A stretch of 64,000 nt of DNA from positions 21,454,001-21,518,000 of the forward strand of contig NW_024704742.1 in NCBI RefSeq assembly GCF_018977255.1. Direction: 5' to 3'. This stretch comes from Callorhinchus milii. Lineage: Eukaryota. The number at the start of each line of letters is the position of its first letter. The first letter of the stretch is position 1. Below, piece after piece: positions 54,185 to 64,000 of this stretch. The translations under genes were made by a program, and so were the position numbers. Under the pieces are notes generated by a model that was not told where the DNA came from, made no database searches, and saw only the letters and a program-made list of their open reading frames with translations.

Positions 54185-55504
54185 TGACGACCTCCTGACG
54201 TGAAAAGCGCTACGCAAATGTAATTTGTTGTTGTTTTGTTGTTGTTGAGGCTTAGCACAATAGCTGTTGGAAGGTGTTACCTTGGAGTCTGGGTTCATGA
54301 ACACCCACTCATATATCCAGGGCTTGGTATCCACCTTCATTAGTACAGAATGCGTAAGTATGTTTAGTAAGTATATTGCTATGGCTGAAGATCCATTTTT
54401 CAATTGGTGGAACCATTGCTCAATGGATAGGGATGTGTGCCCGGCTGGACAGAAGAATCTGGACCGATCATCTCATCCATTTCATGCTGACCTGTGCTAC
54501 TCAAAAGGAAGCTTGTAAAGAGTAGCTGGTACCTACCATCCACCTAGTCATACCTCAAACCTGTATTTGTCAGATGTCTAATGAAGAATGAGTGACTATC
54601 TTCCCTGTGGAGGAGGTAAGCTGGGTCTCCTTGGGGTTGAGCTGACGCTACTGTAACATGCTTGTCAACAGAATGTCATAATTAAGTCATTCCTTTGTGG
54701 CGTCTCATCAGCCAGATGGGTCCATATTATTGAAGAGCACCATGATGACAGCACAGCCAGTCTGACTCATTGGCAAGTCTTGAAAAAGCATACCAGCCAC
54801 TGGGAGCAGGGATTTTCCCACTCAGCTCCATGTTCACCTTGCAAGCCAAAGCCCTAACGGGTAGGCTGGTCCAGCTGGATAAGTTGTAACCTATGCAATT
54901 TTAGCTGGTCAAACTCCAACAGTATCCCAACACACAGTCTGGGGTCCCTAAGGCTTGGTTCTTGCCAAAATGCACCTGATACTTTCTGGAATTGGATAAG
55001 CAGAGGGCATATTCCTTTCCAGACAAATGAGTAATTACCAATTTAGATGATGTGAGTGGAAATCTCAGTATAGTTTAGATACTCTTAAGCATGGCGATGG
55101 GTTTCCACAACATACAGCCGAAGGTGTTTGAGGGAAAAACTAAGAAGAATGTCTAGATAACCTGGAGTGCTACAGTCTCAAAAGGAGAAGTCAAATGAGA
55201 CATTATATAAATAGATATAAAAGATGGTTTGTAAGATACAAAAAAATTCAAACAATAGTTTCAGACAAAGCATGGGTAAGACTGGATCAGGATTATGCCG
55301 GACAATTTTTGGACAAACAGGAAGAATTTATTTTCACAAAAGTTGATGAATAACTGGAACAGGTCAGCAGGAAGAGTTGTAGAGCAGGCAGAAAAGACAG
55401 GAAAATGAGATCAAATAAGACCAAAGTGCCTTCTGATCTGAACTCCGTTTGTGATCTTGTGATCAAAATGAGAAGCTTGGAGCACCTACAGTGCTTCCTC
55501 CAGG

Positions 55505-55840
55505 GAGAAAGGGAAACTCTCCTGACAGCCGGCTCGGGACTCCCTTTGAAACTTCATCTCACAATCCCTTCGTCTTGCTCCCTCCTTTGCCTCCTTCAAA
55601 GGCACGACTCAAGACCTTCCTTTTCAACCGTGCCTTCAGCCACCCTACAACCTCTCAGCGCCTTGGGACGTCCTCCCGACGTGAAAGGCGCTCTATAAAT
55701 GGAATCTTGTTGTTGTTGTTGTTGCACTCCATCATCCCAAACCCCGCCTGAGGGTCCTGATCTCTAACTGTTCAGTGCCTTGGGACATCCTCTTGACATG
55801 AAAGGCGCCTTACAATTATAATTTTGTTGTTTTGTTGTTT
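55505..55840 (+). mobile_element. L2 3' fragment followed directly by a second L2 3' tail
   Basis: KARLKTFLFNRAF, tail gcgccttgggacgtcctcccgacgtgaaaggcgc + (TTG)n, then a second gccttgggacatcctcttgacatgaaaggcgc + ttgttg. Confidence 0.85.
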
Positions 55841-56647
55841 ATGTTGCACATGCACTAAACTTTTTTTCCTTTATAATGTGCACTTCCTTCAAGTTTTAAA
55901 GTGGTTATGAAAAGAATGACAAATTATTGAGTTTGAGAAGTTAGAAATTCCACTCTGCTCTACACTCTGAATTGACAATCTGCTTTAAATGTCAGGGCTG
56001 AACTTCCGGTTGTTGGAAGAGGTGTGTTTCAAGTAAACCACAAGCTTGTTTCTTCACGACATTGAGATCTGTAATACCTCACATCTGCCCACTGTACAGG
56101 CATAAATAGCTCAACCTTACTGGGTAAAATTCCTGAATGTGGTTGTTGACAAGAGATAATCAGAGGTTTACATTAAAGCTTTGCATTGCTGGCTGGAAAA
56201 TATTACCAAGGGGAGATAAATAGAATTCCTGTGGGTGTCTGTTCAGGAAATAGTTCTTACAATCAACCAGCTCCATTGGTGTGTGTCTTCCTCATACAGA
56301 ATTACAGTGGTGCATATTCATTGTTTCATTCACAGAGTAATGAGAGGGCAGGGGTGCACAAAACACAAAGGAAAATATTAGTGGCACAAATATTCTCATG
56401 CGTTGAGTTATTTTTGCTTAAACTTGTGTTCCATTCTGAGTACTCAATCACAAATAACACCCTTTATTTCATCTTAGAAAGTTTATTTCTTAAAAAATCT
56501 CACTTGTCTGGATTGGAAATGTAAGGACGGGAGAAAGCGAAGATTTATTTTAAGTGTATTGCTGCATTAAGGATACAAGTGTCAGTACCACCTGCAGTAT
56601 ACCTAGCTAACAAATCTGAGTTACAGCAATGCAATACAAGTTATATA

Positions 56648-56961
56648 ATAATAACAATAATCCTTGCATTTCATATAGTGCTGTTCATGCCTTCTAGACG
56701 TCTCAAAGCGTTTCACAGAATATACTGTAAAGTAAATTGACTGTATATTTGTGGGAGAAACACGGCAGCCAATTGCGCACAACAGTCTTATAAATAGTCA
56801 TAGATTGAAGTGGCCAATTTTATTATTGTTTTTTTTTCTTGAGGGGTTATTATCAGGCGTGTGGAGTAAGGACACTTGTCCAAGGTCTCGCCCTGCCGGG
56901 AATCAAACCCAGGCCTCTCGCTTGCGAGGCGAGTGCTCTAACCACTGAGCTACAGGATTCC
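56648..56961 (-). mobile_element. tRNA-derived SINE, short subtype
   Basis: Reverse-complement match to the family. Confidence 0.9.
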
Positions 56962-56971
56962 TACATTTACA

Positions 56972-57450
56972 ATTTTATAAGCACCTTTCACAACAGGAGG
57001 ACCCAAGGGGCTTAACTATCCAGGTTTGGTACCCGAGCTGGGGATGGAAGCAGAGATGGGTGAGGAGGAGAAAGATAACTGAAGGCACAGTTGAAGAGGT
57101 TGGTCTTGTCATCAACTTTGAATAAGGTAAGGGAGAAAGCAAGTCAGAGGGACTGGATGGGGTTCCAGAGTAGGAGAAGATAGGCTGAAAAAACCTGATT
57201 GTTGATTGTGGGGCAAATAGGGCAGAGGACATAAAGCAGGTCACTGAGTGAAGGGAGCGGGCGGGTTGGTAGGGTTTGAAGATTTCACAGAGGTAGGATG
57301 GGGTGAAACTGTGGAGGGATTTAAAGGTGAGAATGTGTATCTTGAACTCAATCCACTGGGGGATGGGGAAACAGTGGAGCCAGGTGAGGATGGGGTGATG
57401 GGCTCATGGAGCCAAATACAGGAAAGGACTCAAGCTGTGAAGTTCTGAAG
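56972..57450 (-). mobile_element. L2-clade LINE 3' fragment
   Basis: Reverse complement resembles 4790-5250 (atcacccccatcctc..cactgtttccccatcccc), with a degenerate tail. Confidence 0.75.
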
Positions 57451-58945
57451 AAAGGTTTTCACTAGTCTTCCAAGGAAATTGCAATAAATACAATAAATCT
57501 TGTTTACAGGATTTACTGTAAAGTGTAGTGACTGCGTATTTGAAGGCGAATGCACAACAGTGTCTCACAAACAGCCATGAAATGAATGCCAAATATTATC
57601 TGGGGGGTTGTTGACTAAAACACTGGAAAACACCTTTATCTTTTCAAGGTGGTGCCATGGAATCTTTAACATCCACCTGAACAGACAGGAGATGCTGGTT
57701 TATTGGCCAGGACACCAGGGGAAACATTCATCTAAATCAACCATGTGATATTTCCCTGCACGGTTTTATTTCTGAACCAGTTTGTGTCCTTTCCTCGTAA
57801 AACCAGGTTTCAATCTCATCTTTCCAGAACACCCACTGTGCTATCCTCCTTGTTACTGTGGGACACTATTCTTCCCACTCAACTCCTGATAACCCTCCAA
57901 GTCAATGCTCCAACAGGTAGGGTGTCCTTAGCTGAACAAGCAGCAAGAAGCTAACCGGTGTCTCTGATTCATAAGCTGTGTAGATTTTGCTGATTGAGTT
58001 CTAGCGAAACTTCAAACACACATTTTGGAGGCAATGCACTTCTTAAGCCTCAACTTCTTCCACCTCCCACCTGCGATCTCCAAGCAGAGGTAAGTGTGGC
58101 TGGATCCCTCTCCAGAAACAGATTCTGCACTCCCGAGCAGACAAGCACAAACACTGCTTCTCGACATTCTCAATAACTGGAGACTCATATTTTGAGGGGT
58201 TTCCATGCAGACCAAAAAATATTGAGAGCAGGGTTGGATTGGCAAGTAAAAGTAGGAATTTTCTGAAAGAAAAACACAAGGAGGGGCATTCTAGCTTTTG
58301 GAAAGTGAGAGAATCCAAGAGAGTCAAGCCAATTGTTTTTTTCTAAATAGAGAATTTTTTCTCTTTTTTTATTTTCATTGCTGGGTGTTTTTATTAAAGC
58401 CAAACTCCTCTGGCCTGTGTGGATAGAAATCCACAATACAAGGTTTATATTCGCCTTGAGTCACATTGGACTGTGGTTTATCTGCGGCAGATCTGTAAAT
58501 CAATATTTTTGAATAAATATGTGTGTCTGACTGTGAATGGTATCTCCACAGTAAACTGTAGAAATGCCCATGTCATCATCTCTAGTCAATCGATTCCACA
58601 GCAAAGGACATAACAGAGCACGATTATTGTTGTAGCATCAGCCACCATCACCAGCATTGGGTGAAAGTGACTATCTGAGATTTTACTTTAATACTGAGGA
58701 ACCAAGAAGGATGACCTAGACACAACCAAGATTTAAGGGATCAGGAGAGAGTAGCCAAACCTGGAAGTATAAGGCCAAGACTGAGTTTTTATTAAAAGAA
58801 GCAAGACAAAGGAGGTACAGCAATTACAGTTTTCAGGTCCTGGGAAAAATCTGTTTGTGTAGGAGACAATGAAATGCATAAGGTGTAATAGTGAGTCCAT
58901 CTTATGCTGAATGTTAAAATAGCAATTTTTGTGCTTTGTCTTTAT

Positions 58946-59371
58946 AATAATAATATTGTATTTGGTATAGTGCCTTATCATGTCATTGAGATGTCTCAAA
59001 GAGCTTCACACTGTGAAGTGGTGTGGCTGTGTGTGTCAACACAGCAGCTAATTTGCACCCAGCAATGTCGCACAAACAGCAATGAAGTGATTGGCATATT
59101 TTATTTGGGAGATTGATGGTTAGGATACTGGGAGAAACTCCTCTTTTTTTGAATAGTACCATTGGAATCTTTAGCATCCAACTGAACAGGTAGAAGTGAC
59201 ATCAATTTAATTTCTTATCCAAAGAATGGCACCACCAATAATGCAGCACATACTCAGCACTGCATTGGAGTGTCAGCTATATGCTATATGAATTCAAGCA
59301 CCAACATGGGGCCTGACCCACAATCTTTTGACTAAGAGGCAAAAGTGCTACCTACTGAGCAAGGCTGACAC
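58946..59371 (-). mobile_element. Deu-domain SINE (SacSINE1/AmnSINE1-like), near full length
   Basis: Head gtgtcagccttgctcagtaggtagcac; Deu-like core ggtgccattctttggataagaaattaaa..gatgctaaagattccaatggtactattc; shared (ATT)n tail. Confidence 0.8.
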
Positions 59372-61544
59372 ACCATGGTTAATAATGCTTAATGCGACTT
59401 TAAAGAGGGAGTGAAAAGATTTGTACTGGGTGATCAGTGCAACATAGACTTTAATGTCTCTTTTATTTTGTAGACAGACAAGCATTAGACACTGACTGAA
59501 AATGAACAAAAGGCAAGGAAGTGACAGCTGTTGTAGTGATAAAATCATACCATTCACAGGAGTGCAACCTTGTTCTCAGTTTAAGCATGATTTAAGATTA
59601 AAATTAGGAATGTGAAAGTGGATGTTGGTAAATGAAGTTCTCTCAGAGTGTACGGGAGAGTACAGAATGAATTTACCAGGCTAGCTGTTCGATCAGAGTC
59701 AATTGGGGTCATTTAAAAGGGAATTGCAAATCCCTGATTTTGATCTAATTGTTTATCATGTCATTGAAACATCTTCAAGGAATTTTACCGACTGTTAGAC
59801 ATTTAATATTATGAGCACCTGAATATTTCAGCCAACGGTGGTATGACAGAGCTCAACCTGTGCTGGAATATCAGCGAAAAAAGATGAGAAAAACTTGAGA
59901 AAAACTTGAAAGATGAGTCAATAGCTTGTGCAGAGAGGTGAAGTTTGAGATTGAGGATATTAACACGATGTACTAGTGTGTGCGTGTGTAGCAATGTGTT
60001 GGTGCTAAACCAGACTAAGCCATGCAGTTAGTGTGGTCAGATTGGCAAGAGTGCAATCACACGATCAAAAGATTGGTTTGGATAAAAAAAGCACAAGAGC
60101 CCATCTGAGCTCATCCCTTCAGAAACCCAGAGTAGTGTCCTCTCATCGCAGCATTATGCTGTTTCTTTTAACTGCATTCAGTGTCCTGACCTCAAACACC
60201 CTTCCTGGCAACCTGTTCCAGTCACTAATTACTCACTGAGTAAAATAAATATTTCCTGGTGTCTGTCCTGAAATTGCCTCTTGCAACTCGAAATCTATGT
60301 CCTCTTAATCTGCAGTCTTGCATCCTAAATACTATTGCGTTTCGCCCACAGAATACACAGTCAATCAACTTTACGGTAAGTATATCCTGTGAAGCTTTGG
60401 GACATCTTAATAATGTGATGGCGCTGTATCAAATGCAAGGATTATTATTATTGTCCTGGATTTACTTTTTAAATATCATTTAATAATGTATTTACTTCTA
60501 CAAGGTACCCTCGGAGATATCTCCTTTCAAGACTGAGTGTCTGAGAAGGAACTGAAACCTGGAAGAGAGGGAGCTTGGTGAGATCATACTGGGCATCAGT
60601 CTTGACACAAAGAATGTGAGGTTGGAACTCAGGCATGTGTATATGATACTGCAGGTACTACAGTACTACGATGTGTCTGAGGAAGTTATGCTCATCCTGG
60701 ACTTTATCCCAGTGGTGATGTATTGCTCCAAAAGGTGCTGGATGCAAACCAAAACAAACGTCAGCTAAACTGGTCAGTTTACCTCGAGGGATTGAAACAA
60801 CTCCCCCTACATTCCAGCACTGCTCTGTGTTGCTGCACGTAAGGTTAGAAAGAAAAGCTGGGCAGTTAGTTTCACAGAACAGCTAACCACAAACCCAATC
60901 TTTCAAGTCAGACCTCTGCTGAGAATTGAGGTGCAATTTTAAAGCTTGTGTTCTGCAGTTTTAAGATTTTTTCCAACTGAAAATAAGTGCAAGTAATAAA
61001 GATACAATAAGTGTTTTTAAAATTATCCCGTAAAAGATAAGCAGATTTTCACAAAACACCCATTAGGTGCTCAGTTATAGACTTCTGGGGAGAAATTCCA
61101 CGTGGATCTAGATTTACTCTATTAATGTAGCATTTTAAAGCATTGAGAATTCGGTAAATTCTTGAATAGAGCCTTCATTTTGAAGTCAGGTTTGTGTAAG
61201 TTAGAACCATAGAAATTTATAGCACAGAAGAAGGCCATTTGGCCCATCGTGTGTGTGCTGGGTTTCTAAAGAGCAATCCTTTCAGTACCATACCCGACCT
61301 TTCCCCATACGCCTTCTTTTAAGAACTAGAAAATGACAGTTTCAAAGTTAAGACTAAATTTAACAATTTGCCATATTTCTGGTTTGCCTTTCTTTACACT
61401 TTATCGTGTTGCTCTGTGCTCTAATCCACAATTCTAGATATCTCCAACAACATAGCTCTTTGCCACTTTGGCAATTCATTGAAGTGGGTGGACAGTGGAT
61501 TGGCACCAACAATTAAAAAAAATTTCTAAAAAAGTGCCATGGGA

Positions 61545-62377
61545 AATAGACAGGCTAGGTGGGTGGGCAAGAAGGAGTATAACGTGGTGAAGTGTGAAGT
61601 TATTCACCTAGGTAGTAAAAATAGAAAAGCGGCTTATTTTCTAGAGGGGGAGAAACTAGATAGTGTTAGTGATCAGAGGGATTTGGGGGTTCTTGTACAC
61701 CAGTCACAAAAAGTTAGTATGCAGGTACAGCAAGCAACTAGGAAGGTTAATGTTATGTTGGCGTTTGTTGCAAAAGGATTAGAGTACAAGAGTAGGGAAG
61801 TCTTGCTGCAGTTGTATAAGGCCTTGGTGAGACCACACCTAGAATATTGTGTGCAGTTTTGGTCTCCTTATTTAAGTAAAAGGAGGTGCAGCGTAGATTC
61901 ACTGGGTTGGTTCCTGGGATGAGGAGGTTGACCTATGAAGATAGGTTGAGTAAACTAGGCCTCTATTCTCTAGAATATAGAATTAGAGGTGATCTTATAG
62001 AAATCTATAAAATTCGTAAGGGTCTTGACAGAGTAGATGCTGTGAGACTGTTTCCCCTGGTTGGAGAATCTAAAACTTGGGGTCATAGTCTCAAGGTTAA
62101 GGGTCAGCCTTTTCGAACTGAGTTGAGGAAACATTTCTTCACTCAGAGGGTAGTGAATTTGTGGAATTCTCTACCCCAGAAGGCTGTGGATGCTCAGTTC
62201 TTGAACATATTCAAGACTGAGGTTGATAGATTTCTAAAGGATAGAGAGATAAGGGATATGGGGATAGGGCGGGTAAATGGAATCAGGTTAGGAGATATGC
62301 CATGATCTTATTAAATGGCGGGGCAGCTCGAGGGGCCGAATGGCCTACTCCTGCTCCTACATCTTATGGTCTTATGG
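61545..62377 (+). mobile_element. CR1-clade LINE 3' fragment
   Basis: KCEVIHLG, LYKALVRPHLEYCVQFWSP, FFTQRVVNLWNSLP; tcttatggtcttatgg tail. Confidence 0.95.
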
Positions 62378-63243
62378 CTCTTCTTAAAATAACTTCCAAC
62401 CGATTCTACGCTCTGCTTTCTTTATCTTGATGAGTGTGCGATTTTACGGCTGGCACAAGTGTTTACTGATTGGAAGATGGTGGCACTCCGCGCGTGTGTG
62501 TGTGTACTCAAACATGTGTAGGCACGTCTGTATATCTGCTCCATACAGCTAATGGCAATTCTGATGACTAAACAGAGTTAACTGGAATCTCCACACTGTT
62601 CGGTCGGTATACCTCAATATTTCTATGCCGTAAACAGTAATGCTTCAAATGGGCCATTGCACCAGCTAGCCTTTTTTTTTATTATTACCATTTTTTGTTT
62701 AGCTGCTGGCACTTTCAACTCTGAATCAGAAGTTTGTGAGTTCAATCCCCACATTGGGACTTTGATCTCACATTGATCTCACTGTCACTCCAATGCAATG
62801 CTGGGGAGGCCGCAGCAGCGTTGGTTTTGGATGAGATGTTAAACCAAGAGACTCTTAAATACAGACAAGAGTTTGAGAGGCAGAGACGTATACACAAAGA
62901 CCGTTAAGAGAGACAAATACATACACTGTTAGAGAGAGAAAGAGTGAGAGAAAGATACACGCACACAGAAACACAAACACACAACGATCTGTTGATGACC
63001 ACCCTGTTTTCATATCCATCCACAAAGGATTTACAAAAGTAATCTGAATACCAAAATCAATTGCGAAGTGGCTGAGCCCAGGAAGCCAAGCACGGACCAG
63101 GATTCTCCTAGTTTGCAAGCATCTGGAACTCCTGGACTAAGTTTACTATGTGATTGTAGCCATGCGCACGCACACTAAGATACAACTGAATGGGTGATGG
63201 ACGGGACAGCAACAGCTCTAGCATCGCTCATGGCAACTATATA

Positions 63244-63614
63244 TAATAATAATCCTGTCATTTGATATAGTGCCTTCTCACTTTGTTGAGATGTCTCAAA
63301 GCGCTTACAAAATATACTGTAAAGTGAATTGACTGTATATTTTGCAGGCAAAACACAGCAGCCAATTGCACACAGCAGTGTCCCACCAACAGTCGTGGAT
63401 TGAGTGGCTAAATTTATTTATTTTTTTATTTTTTTGGGAAGGGTTATTACCCCCACAACCGCCAATCGACTAACAAATGGGTTCCGCCTTACTGCTAGGT
63501 AAACAGAGGTGTGTGGAGTAAGGAAACTTGCCTAAAGTTTCGCCCCACTCGCGAATCATACCTGGGTCCTCTCGCTTATGAGGCAAGTGCTTTAACCCTA
63601 AGCTACAGGACTCC
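63244..63614 (-). mobile_element. tRNA-derived SINE, long subtype
   Basis: Family head and tail plus the cctctgtttacctagcagtaagg segment. Confidence 0.9.
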
Positions 63615-64000
63615 AACTATGGCAATGGGCAACTTATTGGCTCCTTTTTGGACTCAGCCATAGGAAAATGTCCCTGTGGCCAACGATAACTATTCTTTTG
63701 TCGCATATTTTGTCCATGTGAACACTTATTTATCACCAGCGATAATTATCACATCCCTAGCACAATGCTCATTTTGTCTCCCCACCTTGCTTCACTGCCA
63801 GATTATAAACCTGGACAATGCTGACTTGTCTCTGAGAAAAGGACACAACTGATTCTTTTTTGCGTGAACATAAGTTAAAAACATTTTCAGGCAGCCACAG
63901 TACATACAGTATATATATTTATATTTGGATTTATTTTTGGTTTAATTTAATGCCCCTGTGTTTCCTCTTAAGCAGCCTGTAAGAACCAATATTCAATGAG

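Noticed and set aside
60783..60832. Possible upstream micro-exon (cag...GAG|gtaaac)
   Set aside because: Short, frame ambiguous and no recognisable domain; cannot be supported.
1..64000. CRISPR array, operon or other prokaryotic system
   Set aside because: No regularly spaced repeat-spacer structure or dense coding. The recurring motifs are SINE/LINE tails in vertebrate DNA.

Overview
This is eukaryotic, repeat-dense vertebrate DNA. The tRNA-SINE, Deu-SINE, L2, CR1 and Penelope content points to a cartilaginous fish, most like a chimaera or elephant shark (inference from recalled repeat families). Almost all of the supplied ORFs are spurious or are LINE remnants. Reading splice signals on the minus strand gives the 3' part of a gene for an unidentified single-pass membrane protein. 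It comprises a transmembrane exon (50283-50368), two cytoplasmic exons (49497-49590, 48524-48661), a probable last coding exon about 36 kb away (12612-12736, ending ...DDCSSV*), a 93-nt 3'UTR intron and a terminal exon with AATAAA. All splice phases chain correctly. I could not find the extracellular exons or name the gene. The rest is intronic or intergenic and holds about 10 near-full tRNA-derived SINEs (long and short subtypes), many Deu-domain SINEs, L2 and CR1 fragments, a palindromic MITE-like family and an unclassified repeat. Two items stand out: a degenerate hammerhead-ribozyme motif in a Penelope-type repeat, and a 558-bp local templated duplication carrying an (AAT)n tract that splits an L2 3' tail.
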